Assembly (NCBI GenBank): GCA_045863235.1
Contig: BTUM01000007.1
Span: forward strand, 32,001 to 96,000
Length of the DNA: 64,000 bases
Reading direction: 5' to 3'
From: Candidatus Xenobia bacterium
GTDB lineage: Bacteria > Vulcanimicrobiota > Xenobia > Xenobiales > QWHO01
Shown here: one piece after another, positions 46,103 through 55,417 of the stretch
How positions within the stretch are numbered: position 1 is the stretch's first letter
Layout: each line of letters opens with the position of its first letter
Position numbers and translations under genes: made by a program
Notes under the pieces: model-generated
The model's database searches: none
What the model was told of the DNA's origin: nothing
The model's input: the letters and a program-made list of their open reading frames with translations, nothing else

Positions 46103-47737
46103 TCAGCGAACGCCGATCATCAGCGCGGTTGGGAACTGCGAAGCGGCGTTGGGCCGGCCGTCCACGATTCCATGCATGACGGTCCGGTTGGGACAGAACT
46201 GACCCGAGGTGAGGTTGATCTGCAACATGTTGCCGGTGATGGTACCGTCAGCGTTGACGCTGAAACTGCCTCCCACCACCGCTCCCATGACCTCGCGGAC
46301 CAGCGGGAACGGGAAGATGGGAGTAAACGTGTCAGCATACAGCTTGGTAAACTGGAGGTTGGTGATGACCCCTCCGAGCAGGTCGACGTTGGTGATATCC
46401 ATGTCGGCGAGCAGTGACCCGTCGCCGCCGCGCAGGCCTACGTAGCGGATCTGGTTGGGCAGGTCATCGTTGCTGGACGTCTCGGTGGGCAGAGGAGCAG
46501 CATAGAAGACAAACTGCTGAAAGCCGAACTGAGCAGGAGTGGCGACTGCGGTCAGCATGACGCTGCCGTCGCCGGCCATGGTGCCCGACAGGCTGAAGTC
46601 GGAGATGCCGGGAATCGTGATCGTTCCTGTCACGTCGCCGTTGACGGCCACGTTATAGGTCCCGGTCGCGGAGTTGCCCACCACGGTACCCGTGAGATTG
46701 CCGGCTCCGTCGAATACAAGGTCGCCCGCTTGAGCCCCGGAATTGGGAGTAAAGCCGATCACGCCCGAGCCAGAGACCTTGAACGGCCCGTTCAAGCTGG
46801 CGTTGCTGAGGCCTGTCTGGGCTTTCTGCAGCTTGGCCATGCCGACCATGTAGTCGGTGGTCGGAGGATCGCCTCCAAAGAAGGTGGTGTAGATGGCGTC
46901 ACCTGCTGGCGTGACCGTGACTCGCCCGTCCCAATCGATGTCGGCGAGGCGATCGGTGATCATGTCGGCGTGAAAATTTCGGGCCGCGTCGATGGTGTAG
47001 GTACCGCCGGTGATGTTGTAGGTCGTGCTCAAGTAGGTAGCCGGCGGGCCGGCCAGCGTGCCAAACGGGTTGGATTTGAGGATCTGGCCCCCGGTGATGT
47101 TGCCATTGCCGTCCAGGGTCACATTGCCGCTGATGACCCCGCTGCCGACGGCGCCACTGGCGCCGGTGATGGTGTAAGCACCCACAGCCAGGCCATTGGT
47201 GCCGGTCAGCTGGTCGAAGAAGTCAGGGTTGTTGATGGGAAAGGTTTCATTGGCAACCAGCTGGACGAACTGGGTAAAGGTTCCCACGACGTTGGTGCCC
47301 TGGACAAACTGGACGACCAGGATGACCACGGTCGGATCGACATCTTCGATCAGGATCTGCGCCGCCAGAGGCAGGTCGGCAGTCTGGAGGAGCTGGGTTC
47401 CAGCCGCGTTGAAGCCGGTGACTCGCACGGCTGTGACCGTATTGGGGACCTGGCGGGGCTGGAGGTCGAGGTTGAGCTGGATGTCAGCCAGGTTGTTGGG
47501 TACGTTCCCCCCGTCGACGGCTCCGCCAGCGGCTGCCCCACCAGCGTTCCCTCCGGCGGCGTTCCCTCCAGCAGCGTTCCCTCCAGCGGCGTTCCCTCCG
47601 GCGGCCGCGCCACCATCATTGAACGTAAAGTCCCCCCCTGTGCCCCCACCGCTCACATCAGCGCCGCTGGTGCATCCGAAGGCGATGAGCATCGTGAGGA
47701 AGATGAAAAGAAATGCAAATTGTCTGAGCTGAACCAA
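46103..47737 (-). CDS. Surface lipoprotein with G/T/N-rich beta-strand repeats
   Basis: Lipobox-like AFGC after a hydrophobic stretch, AAGGN linker, repeated (L/F)DGxGNxTG and Y/FxVxxxG motifs; TTG start at 47737. Confidence 0.8.
   Translation of the reverse strand: MVQLRQFAFLFIFLTMLIAFGCTSGADVSGGGTGGDFTFNDGGAAAGGNAAGGNAAGGNAAGGNAGGAAAGGAVDGGNVPNNLADIQLNLDLQPRQVPNTVTAVRVTGFNAAGTQLLQTADLPLAAQILIEDVDPTVVILVVQFVQGTNVVGTFTQFVQLVANETFPINNPDFFDQLTGTNGLAVGAYTITGASGAVGSGVISGNVTLDGNGNITGGQILKSNPFGTLAGPPATYLSTTYNITGGTYTIDAARNFHADMITDRLADIDWDGRVTVTPAGDAIYTTFFGGDPPTTDYMVGMAKLQKAQTGLSNASLNGPFKVSGSGVIGFTPNSGAQAGDLVFDGAGNLTGTVVGNSATGTYNVAVNGDVTGTITIPGISDFSLSGTMAGDGSVMLTAVATPAQFGFQQFVFYAAPLPTETSSNDDLPNQIRYVGLRGGDGSLLADMDITNVDLLGGVITNLQFTKLYADTFTPIFPFPLVREVMGAVVGGSFSVNADGTITGNMLQINLTSGQFCPNRTVMHGIVDGRPNAASQFPTALMIGVR
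47544..47603. repeat. Four 15-bp coding tandem repeats (AAGGN)
   Basis: GCGTTCCCTCCRGCR repeated four times. Confidence 0.85.
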
Positions 47738-47831
47738 AGTGGATCCCTCCCTTGTCGTGAAGCCGCCTGGTTCGCAGTGTGGACGGCAATCACCTGCAGG
47801 GGCCGATTCTCCCACGCCCGAACCTGGCCGG

Positions 47832-48848
47832 ATGCCGTGGCTGTTTTTCAGCAAGCTTGGCAATCCGGCCCTCGAGGAGCTGATCAGAGCCCTGCGAGGT
47901 CTGGGGCTTGCAGTCGAGGCCGTGCATCCAGGTCTCGCCTGGTCCCCCCTTTCGCGAGCGGTCCCGGTGCTGCCGGTCGGCCCTCGATGGCTTGCACAAC
48001 TGCACGGGCCACTGCTCGAAGGACTGCGCCCCGAGGTCGTGGTCTACTCCTATCCTGACCAGGCACCGCTGGCGCGACGCTTCCCAGGCGCGAGCAAGGT
48101 TTACTACGTGCAAGACGATTTTCGAGCTTACAATTATCCGGACGCCCGGCTGCGAGCCTGGGAGGAAGAGCTCCTGCCGCGAATCGACTTGTTGGTGGTC
48201 GTCTCCGAGGCCCTGGCCGACTCGTATCGAGAGAGATACAAGTTTGAAGGCACGATTTTGGTTGCTCCACTGGCCGTCCCAGAGCGTTTCTTGCCGGCCG
48301 CTTGCCCCCCCCGCCTCTCTCGAGGCGGAAAAGTCGGGGTTCTCGGCCGGATCTCGAGCCGTCTGCGCCTGGGCTGGCTGCGACAGGCAGTGGAGCGGCT
48401 CAACTGGATGCGCCTCGAACTGGTTGGTGACGTGGAGGCCTCCGAGTTGATGGCCGAGGACCGCTACCACCTGCGCTACCTGCAGCAGTGCCCTCGCTGC
48501 CGGTTTTATGGTTGGAAGCCTTTCGCCCACCTGTTTGAGCGGGCTTCCCAGCTTGATCTGGCGCTCCTGCCGTACAGCCCTCGAAGTGTCAATCCCTGCG
48601 GCTCGGCCTATCGATTCTATATCCACCTTGCTTACGGGGCCCCCATGCTGGCCACCCCGGGCGTGGCTCAGCTTGAGGAGTATCAGCCTCTGGTTCAGAT
48701 TTGCCGCAGCAGCGATGAGTTCTTGAGCAGGTTGGACGAGCTGGCCAGGCGGGGCTTTGATGACGGCCTCCATACGCAACGTTGGGAAGCCGCTCGGGCC
48801 AATACCTGGAGTCATCGGGCCCGGGCTCTACTGGAGGCTCTGGGGTAA
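47832..48848 (+). CDS. GT-B (GT4/TuaH-like) glycosyltransferase
   Basis: VYYVQDDF, DLLVVVSEAL, DLALLPY, LAYGAPM and NTWSHRA; start uncertain. Confidence 0.8.
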   Translation: MPWLFFSKLGNPALEELIRALRGLGLAVEAVHPGLAWSPLSRAVPVLPVGPRWLAQLHGPLLEGLRPEVVVYSYPDQAPLARRFPGASKVYYVQDDFRAYNYPDARLRAWEEELLPRIDLLVVVSEALADSYRERYKFEGTILVAPLAVPERFLPAACPPRLSRGGKVGVLGRISSRLRLGWLRQAVERLNWMRLELVGDVEASELMAEDRYHLRYLQQCPRCRFYGWKPFAHLFERASQLDLALLPYSPRSVNPCGSAYRFYIHLAYGAPMLATPGVAQLEEYQPLVQICRSSDEFLSRLDELARRGFDDGLHTQRWEAARANTWSHRARALLEALG

Positions 48849-48869
48849 GAATCGCCCGCCACCAGGACC

Positions 48870-49691
48870 TCAGGGTCGGGTCGGGAGGTCGCCCTGGCCT
48901 TGAGGGGCGCGCAGCCGCCAGGCCAGCACATCCAGCCAGCGGTGCAGCCAGTAGAATGCCCGCACCAGCGGGTCGGCAGCCATCGGGATCAGGTTGCTGA
49001 CCTTGTTGCGCGTGCGCAGAAAAGGTACCGGGTCGGGCGAGCTGATGTCGAGGGCGTCCCGGGTCAAGGTAACCAGTCCGCGCTCCTGGGCATCGTAAAG
49101 CAACAGGCTCAGAAGGGCCTGCTCGAACTGGTGCACCGCCAGTCGAGCTCCCGGAGGGTTCTGGATGCAGCCATTGAGAGCCCACTGCTTCCACCGCTCC
49201 GTCAGGGCTCGAACCCATTCGCGGCGGCCATCGAAAGCGCACACTCCGCTGGCCCGGGTGCGCAGGCGGGCCAGCTCAGGGTTCACTCCCGTGAGCGTCA
49301 ACGGCCCGGGAAGCACCCGAATGGGGCCACCCCCTCCAAACGGGGTATACACCCCCGTGCGCTCCACCTCCCGGGTGATCCGGTCGAGAGGGCCAAGTAC
49401 GACGGTTGCTGAGTCCAGCCAGAGGACAGGCCCCTGATAGTGACTGACCAGGTCGGCCACGATGATAGGTTTCCAGGCGTAGGCGCCCCTTTCGAGTCGG
49501 ACGTGATCCGGATATCGGTCAAAGGGAAAGACGCGCAACTCATAGCGTTCTGACAACCACCGGCGCTGTTGGGCCGTCATGCCCAGATCGTAGAGCACCA
49601 GTTGATCAGACAGGCCAGCGCGCTCGAGGCTGAGCAGGAACTGACGCAGCGACCGATAGTAGACCCGGTCAGCCCCCGAGACGATCAGCAC
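48870..49691 (-). CDS. DUF1647-like putative glycosyltransferase
   Basis: IVSGAD..Y, LYDLGM, YAWKPII, VLWLDS and H..EQALLS; GTG start at 49691 coupled to the upstream gene. Confidence 0.7.
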   Translation of the reverse strand: MLIVSGADRVYYRSLRQFLLSLERAGLSDQLVLYDLGMTAQQRRWLSERYELRVFPFDRYPDHVRLERGAYAWKPIIVADLVSHYQGPVLWLDSATVVLGPLDRITREVERTGVYTPFGGGGPIRVLPGPLTLTGVNPELARLRTRASGVCAFDGRREWVRALTERWKQWALNGCIQNPPGARLAVHQFEQALLSLLLYDAQERGLVTLTRDALDISSPDPVPFLRTRNKVSNLIPMAADPLVRAFYWLHRWLDVLAWRLRAPQGQGDLPTRP

Positions 49692-50368
49692 AGTCTGGGA
49701 TGCAGAGCACGGGCGCGAGCCAGTTGCCTGGCATCGTCGATCTCGGCCCACAGCAGGTCCTGCACTAACGGGCACGCAATCGGGTGGGTGGGCGCGCACC
49801 CGACCATCCCGTGGCTTTCGTAGTGCTGGCCAGGTTGGCACAGGAGCTTGGAATAGAGATTCTGGCTCACCCGCGAGATACCGACTAGCTCACCGGTCAC
49901 GTTGCTCAGTCGGCTGCGGTCTTTTGACATCGATACCAGCCAGCCGTCGCGCGCCTCCACCCAGACTTCGTCGCCCGCCCCGGTGGGGCCGGACAGCAGC
50001 ACGGCGTCTGGATGAGAGAGTTGGAGCAAGACCTCGAGCGCACGCCGCTCATAGATGAGGTCCGATTCGAGCAGCAGAAAGTCGCCGGTCAAGTGTTCGC
50101 GTGCCGCCGCGAGGCTCTGCAGACTGCCGGTGCTGGCATAGTCAGCGTTGTGAACCAGGCGCACCCCCTCCAGCTCCTGGTAAAAGGAGGCAAGATGGCC
50201 CGTGACCACCACCACCTCGGTAATGCCCACCGATCGCAGCCGCTCCAACGACTCCGCCACGATGGGTAGCTCCCCCAGGCGGAGGAATCCCTTCGGGTAA
50301 GGCAGGGGCCCCAGTCGAGTCCCTTGTCCGGCGGCCAGGATGCAGGCCAGGTTCGGCATGGTGCTCAC
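49685..50368 (-). CDS. Phosphocholine/phosphonate cytidylyltransferase (LicC/PntC family)
   Basis: ILAAGQGTRL..PKG, STGSLQSL, LLESDLIYE, GELVGISR and WAEIDD. Confidence 0.88.
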   Translation of the reverse strand: MSTMPNLACILAAGQGTRLGPLPYPKGFLRLGELPIVAESLERLRSVGITEVVVVTGHLASFYQELEGVRLVHNADYASTGSLQSLAAAREHLTGDFLLLESDLIYERRALEVLLQLSHPDAVLLSGPTGAGDEVWVEARDGWLVSMSKDRSRLSNVTGELVGISRVSQNLYSKLLCQPGQHYESHGMVGCAPTHPIACPLVQDLLWAEIDDARQLARARALHPRLC

Positions 50369-52152
50369 GGCAGTCGGGCCAGCTGCTGAAACTGGGGACT
50401 GGAATAGAGCAGCTCCTGGTAGGTGCCCCTGGCTCGCACCTGGCCCTCTTCCAGCAGGTAGATCTGCTCACAGGCCTGCACTGTCGTGAGTCGATGAGCG
50501 ATGACCAGCAGCGTCTTGGAGTGGACCAGTTCGGCCAGGGCCTCCAGGAACCAGCGCTCGGTCTGATTGTCGAGCGCACTGGTGGCTTCGTCCAGGATTA
50601 AGAGCTCGGGCTCGTGATAGAGGGCGCGGGCGATGCCGATGCGCTGGCGCTCGCCCCCGCTCAGGGCCACTCCGCGCTCGCCCAGGACCGCGTCGTAGCC
50701 CTCGGGTCGGGCGGCGATGAATTCGTGCAGATGGGCTGCCCGGGCAGCCCGCTCGACAGCCAGCTCGTCGATCTCCTCGTCTGCCAGGCCGAGGGCGATG
50801 TTGCGACGGATCGTGTCGTCGGCCAGGTAAACCTCCTGGGGGACGTAACCGATGCATTGATGCCAACGTGTCAGGTCCTCGGGTCGCAGCGGTTGCCCGT
50901 CGACGAGCAAGGTGCCCTCTCCCGGCGTCAATAGCCCGGCCACCAGGTCGGCCACGGTGGTCTTACCCGAGCCGGTTCGACCCACCAGGGCCACCGAGCT
51001 GTGTCGGGGAATGGTCAGGTCGAGGTCGTGCACAGCGGGAGCGACGGCCCCCGGGTAGGTGAATGCGACGCGGCGGAGCTCGATGGCTCGGGTGAAGGGC
51101 AGGGGGGGGTCCCCTTCTGCGGGCGTCAGGGGCTCGGGGTCGGCCAGCTCGCGGTAGATTTCCTCCACCAGGGGAAGCCGGAACTGCAGGTCCACCAGGT
51201 CGTCATAAAGGCACTGCAGGCACGGCACGAGCCGCCATGTGGCCATGACGTAGGCCCCCACCAGGGGAAGGGCCGCGCGACTGGCCTGGGTGATGCAGAG
51301 GTATACAAGAACGGTGACGATAGCAGCCAGGGCCAGAATTTCGGTGCAGGGCCGGGCGACCTCGCCCAGTGTCAGTCGGTGGAGGAGCAGCCTGTTCTCG
51401 CGCTCAAAGGCGCGTCGGTAGCTCTCCAGGAAGTGGCGCCTGCGAGGCAGGGCTTTGGCCTCCCGCAGGGCCGACAGACTCTCTGCCGCGATCTTTGCCC
51501 GCTGGTATCCTGCCTTGTGGCACTCGTTGCCCAATCGGTCCAGATTTCGGTTGAAAAATCGGTAGATGGCCATGAACAGCATGCTCAGGACCAGACCGGT
51601 GGTCAAAGCCACCCGATAGTCGAGCCAGAGCAGCCCGGCACAGAGAAACAGCGAGGTCATGGCTCGCATTGCCATGGTAGCCAGGGTTCGTACCACTTTG
51701 TGGACCAGCTCATCTACCTGCTGCAGTACCACCCTCGTCAACCGACTTGTGTTCTGACCAAGATGCCAGACATGCGGACGGTGAAGGTAGCGGCGCAGCA
51801 GATTGAGCGACAGGTCGGAGCTGACCTCGGTGGTCAAACGGTAGATGAACCACCAGGTCAGCGTGTTGAGAAAGCTGGTCAGAGCGAAAAGGGTCAGGAA
51901 CAAGACTCCCAGCAGGGCAAAGAAGCTCTCGAAGCTGGCGCAACCCGACCAGGTGTAGAAGCGGTTCAGCGTAGCGTTCTGTTGGACTAAATCCGGGTCG
52001 GCGGCTACTGCGAGCAGGGGCACCAGGCCGGCCACTCCCGACAATTCAGTGCTTGCGTTGACAAGGGTGCACAGGCCAAGACTGAGGGCTTTGCGGCGCG
52101 CGGCGGGAGAAAGAATGGCTCGAACCATTCGGAATGCTTCAAACACCGCCAT
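50365..52152 (-). CDS. ABC exporter / glycolipid flippase (PglK/MsbA-like)
   Basis: TM domain plus GRTGSGKT, IGYVPQ, LSGGERQR, ILDEATSALD and IAHRL. Confidence 0.92.
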   Translation of the reverse strand: MAVFEAFRMVRAILSPAARRKALSLGLCTLVNASTELSGVAGLVPLLAVAADPDLVQQNATLNRFYTWSGCASFESFFALLGVLFLTLFALTSFLNTLTWWFIYRLTTEVSSDLSLNLLRRYLHRPHVWHLGQNTSRLTRVVLQQVDELVHKVVRTLATMAMRAMTSLFLCAGLLWLDYRVALTTGLVLSMLFMAIYRFFNRNLDRLGNECHKAGYQRAKIAAESLSALREAKALPRRRHFLESYRRAFERENRLLLHRLTLGEVARPCTEILALAAIVTVLVYLCITQASRAALPLVGAYVMATWRLVPCLQCLYDDLVDLQFRLPLVEEIYRELADPEPLTPAEGDPPLPFTRAIELRRVAFTYPGAVAPAVHDLDLTIPRHSSVALVGRTGSGKTTVADLVAGLLTPGEGTLLVDGQPLRPEDLTRWHQCIGYVPQEVYLADDTIRRNIALGLADEEIDELAVERAARAAHLHEFIAARPEGYDAVLGERGVALSGGERQRIGIARALYHEPELLILDEATSALDNQTERWFLEALAELVHSKTLLVIAHRLTTVQACEQIYLLEEGQVRARGTYQELLYSSPQFQQLARLP

Positions 52153-52193
52153 GATCGCGCGAGGTTCGACGCGGAAGGGGCGATTCCGCCTCG

Positions 52194-52799
52194 TCAGTTT
52201 CGCTGGCGGACGAAGTAGCCCGTGGCCCGGTCACGCACGGCGTCCGAGCCCAGGTATCCATAGTGGTGCTCGAGCAGCTCCCGGGGCCGGGCAGGTAGCC
52301 ACGTTTCCTGGCCCAGGAAGGTTGCGCTCTGCAAGGGGAAAACGAACTCGTCGGGAATCTTGGAGCGCTCGCCCGGAAAGGTGCCTCGCTCGAGGGGGAG
52401 GAGCCAGCTCTGCTCGGCTCGGTAGAAATAGAGGTCGGCTTCCCATCCGTCCCACTCGACGTAGAGCTTGGGGCCGAGGTGTCGCGCGCTGGTGTCCTGG
52501 AGCCGAAAGCCCGGCGGAAGACGAGAAGCGGCCTTCTTCACACGGGTGTAGTCCGACTCACGCAGTCCGAAGTCGACATCCACGTCGCCTCTGATGATCT
52601 GGCCTTCTCGATGCTGGCCGAGCAGAGTGCCGAAGGCCAGCCAGTAGTCCACCCCCGTCTCGCGCAGGAAGGCGTTGGTGGTGACGAACAGTCGGCCCAG
52701 CTGCCGGGCCACCGCCTCACGGTGGCTTGCCCCGAGCAGGAGGGGGTTGTAGCGGACGTGGCGCCAGAGCAGCCTGGCGGTTCGTGGCAGCCTGATCAT
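52194..52799 (-). CDS. LicD family phosphotransferase
   Basis: YWLAFGTLLGQHRE..IRGDVDVDFG, VFPL and HYG. Confidence 0.85.
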   Translation of the reverse strand: MIRLPRTARLLWRHVRYNPLLLGASHREAVARQLGRLFVTTNAFLRETGVDYWLAFGTLLGQHREGQIIRGDVDVDFGLRESDYTRVKKAASRLPPGFRLQDTSARHLGPKLYVEWDGWEADLYFYRAEQSWLLPLERGTFPGERSKIPDEFVFPLQSATFLGQETWLPARPRELLEHHYGYLGSDAVRDRATGYFVRQRN

Positions 52800-53575
52800 A
52801 CCCGGTAGCGATAGGTCCTGCCCGGCTCGCGCTCGCAGTCAGGAGGATAGCTCTTGCGCTTGGCAGCAAAGTATTCTTCGCGCCGATCCCCCTCGCGACG
52901 CAGGCCGTAGGTGATGTACAGGATGCGCCGTGCCTGCGAGCTGTCGTTGGGACCCGACCGGTGGGGCACGAACGAGTCGAAGAAGATGGTATCTCCCGGG
53001 GCCGCTTCCAGAGGCTGAAACTCGAGCCCCAACTCGCTCAGGGGCTCGTGCATCGGCCCGAGCAATCCTTCGCGGTGGCGCCCCGGGACGACTTCCAGGC
53101 AACCATTGCCCGGGGTGGCTCGATCGATGGCCACCATGGCCGTCAGGTGGATCGAGCCCCAGGCGTCCCAACCGGCCTGAACGTCCTGGTGGGGGGCAAA
53201 GCCGTCCCCTCCGGGAAGCTTGAAGTTCAACTTGTCCTTAAACAAGACCAGGCTCTCGCCCATGAGTTGCTCGGCGGTTTCGAGCAGCGCGCCCGTGCAG
53301 AGCTCCCGCAGATCGGGGTGGTAGGGAAGGAAGTTTTCGGCCCGGCAGAGCAAGCGTTGGTGGGGAATTCTTCGGTGAGGCTCGTAGTAGAGCATCCATT
53401 TGCCCTGGGTCTCGGGCCAGCTCTCCAACTCACCCACCCACTCTCGCAGAGGCTCGGCAGGCAAGAATCCGCTCAGGTGAAGGTAGCCGTCTCGTCGGTA
53501 ATGCTCGACCTGATCAGGGGTCAGACTCACGGCTGGAGGTTTGACGCGCCTGGGCATTTCCTGCCAGGCGCTCAT
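52796..53575 (-). CDS. Fe(II)/2-oxoglutarate dioxygenase of the PhyH family, PhnY-like
   Basis: LFKDKLNFKLPGGDGFAPHQD (HxD), NGCL, PHRSGPN..RR.LYITY and KRKSYPPD; start uncertain. Confidence 0.85.
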   Translation of the reverse strand: MSAWQEMPRRVKPPAVSLTPDQVEHYRRDGYLHLSGFLPAEPLREWVGELESWPETQGKWMLYYEPHRRIPHQRLLCRAENFLPYHPDLRELCTGALLETAEQLMGESLVLFKDKLNFKLPGGDGFAPHQDVQAGWDAWGSIHLTAMVAIDRATPGNGCLEVVPGRHREGLLGPMHEPLSELGLEFQPLEAAPGDTIFFDSFVPHRSGPNDSSQARRILYITYGLRREGDRREEYFAAKRKSYPPDCEREPGRTYRYRV

Positions 53576-54383
53576 AGAGCCCGGGTCCTACCAGGGCCCA
53601 GCCCAGAGCTACCGCCCAGCCAGCTGGCACGTCCACCAGGTAGTGGAATCGCGCGTAAACCGTGGCGAAAGCAATCGAGAGAGCGATGAAGAGATAAAGA
53701 CCGGTCAGGCCCGAGCGGGCACGCCAGGCGGCCAGCGCAGCGGCGGTGGACCAGGCGACATGACTTGAAGGAAAGGCGGCGCCGTCGACGGCTCCGTGAT
53801 CGACCAGGCGATGGCACATATGCCAGAAGAAGCCCTGGCAGGCCGGCTCGAGGGCTGGCCAGAGCGGACGGGGACCCTGCACCGGAAAGAAGACTGCCAC
53901 GAGATAGCAGGAGTAGAGCGTGGCCAGGCCCGTGAAAGTGGCCTGCTCGGCCGCTCCGGGGCGGCCCAGTTGGCGCAACCTCAGGGTCAGCAACGGGAGC
54001 AGAAGGTAGTAAAGCAGATAGCAGAGGTGCAGCCATTCGGAGAGCAGTCGATAGGGGAGCACCTGGCTCAGCCAGGCCGCCGGAGAGGCTCCAAAGAGCC
54101 GGGTCTCCCAGGCCAGCACGGTGGCGTCGTAATAAACCCCTGACAGGATGCGGTTCTGGATCTCTAATTCGCTGTACATGGGGATCAGGAGGAAGAAGGG
54201 GTAGAGTCGGACCAGTCCGCCGCCAAGACGCGGGATCAGCCAGATGACCGCCAGGTGCCACAGGATACGGAGCGTGAGCTCTGCGGTGCTATGCCCGGCC
54301 GGCGGGTGGAACAGGCCCAGGGCCAGAAAGCCGGCAGTCAGGGCCAGGTAGGCCCGCACCAGCAGATCGACCGGATCGCTCAT
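53514..54383 (-). CDS. PAP2-superfamily membrane phosphotransferase (Aur1/IPC-synthase-like)
   Basis: Multi-TM; FFPVQGPR, AAFPSSHVA and ATVYARFHYLVD. Confidence 0.82.
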   Translation of the reverse strand: MSDPVDLLVRAYLALTAGFLALGLFHPPAGHSTAELTLRILWHLAVIWLIPRLGGGLVRLYPFFLLIPMYSELEIQNRILSGVYYDATVLAWETRLFGASPAAWLSQVLPYRLLSEWLHLCYLLYYLLLPLLTLRLRQLGRPGAAEQATFTGLATLYSCYLVAVFFPVQGPRPLWPALEPACQGFFWHMCHRLVDHGAVDGAAFPSSHVAWSTAAALAAWRARSGLTGLYLFIALSIAFATVYARFHYLVDVPAGWAVALGWALVGPGLYERLAGNAQARQTSSRESDP

Positions 54384-55417
54384 CGCTTTCGCACCAGGAA
54401 GAAGGGGTCGTGGACGATTCGGCGGGCATCGATGAGGACCAGGTCATCCTCCACCACCAGATGGTGCAGCCCGTCGGGATAGGGCCAGCACTTCCGGGGA
54501 GAGAGCCGCAGCACGGGCTTCTCGTGAAAGGTCTCTGGAGTCAGCTCGAGCACCTCGTTGATCACTACGGCGTCGCCATAGCTCGAGGAGCAATCCTGGG
54601 CCGGGCGATAGAGGCGGCCGTCGAGCCGAAAAGGCTTGCCGGCCGAGCGCGTGGAGCGGATGTCCTGTTTGAGCGGGCTCTGAGCATGGGGCTGAAAAGG
54701 GCCCAGCGGGGTCGCTGCAAAGGCAGCTTTGAGCCGGTAAGCGCCATGCCGGCTGGGACCGGTGTAGAGCAGCCACCAGCGGCCTTGATGCTCGAACAAC
54801 ACCGGATCCACGACTTGCGCGTCCTCGAGCAGAACCCGTTCCAGGATCAGGCCGTCTTGCACCCGATAGAGCTTGAGTCGCTGCTCGGCCAGGCTCTCCG
54901 GCAGGCAGTAGAGCTGGTCGTTCCAGGTGAGCAGGTAGGGGAATGAATGGTGCGAGCCTTCCAGGCGGGGAATGCGCTGGTTGTTCTCCGTAATCTCGAC
55001 CAGTCGGGCCGGCCTTCCGTGACGGTGCTCCTCGACCATCAGGTGCCAGGCGTGATCTTGTCGGAAAGCGAAGGGGTCGGCCTCATAGGTGAGCGGAGCG
55101 AGCTCGGGGCGCCAGGCCCACTTGAGGTGAGGGAGCTCGGAGAGGCTCTGAAGGCGATGGAGGGCGTAGCCAACTGCCCAGATGTCGTAAGTGAAAGCTT
55201 CGCGATAGAGATACTCGAGCCCGCGTCGTGCCTCGAACAGGGCTGTGAGGAATCGCTGGGGCCAGCTGATTCGAGCCGCCGGTTGAGCTCGGTGGAACTG
55301 CCCGGCCGCGCGCCGCAGAGTGCCCTGGTAGCTCCAGTGGGGGCGGAACCAGGCCTCGAACCCGTCCTCGCGCACGACCTTGATGGGCTTTCGTCGCCAG
55401 TACTCTTGAATGGTCAC
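54380..55417 (-). CDS. GINT1-N-like five-bladed beta-propeller (glucosamine inositolphosphorylceramide transferase family)
   Basis: ADPF, HHSFPYL..YCLPES, VVDP, RSAG and LYRPAQDCS..YG; GTG start at 55417 overlaps the upstream stop. Confidence 0.75.
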   Translation of the reverse strand: MTIQEYWRRKPIKVVREDGFEAWFRPHWSYQGTLRRAAGQFHRAQPAARISWPQRFLTALFEARRGLEYLYREAFTYDIWAVGYALHRLQSLSELPHLKWAWRPELAPLTYEADPFAFRQDHAWHLMVEEHRHGRPARLVEITENNQRIPRLEGSHHSFPYLLTWNDQLYCLPESLAEQRLKLYRVQDGLILERVLLEDAQVVDPVLFEHQGRWWLLYTGPSRHGAYRLKAAFAATPLGPFQPHAQSPLKQDIRSTRSAGKPFRLDGRLYRPAQDCSSSYGDAVVINEVLELTPETFHEKPVLRLSPRKCWPYPDGLHHLVVEDDLVLIDARRIVHDPFFLVRKR

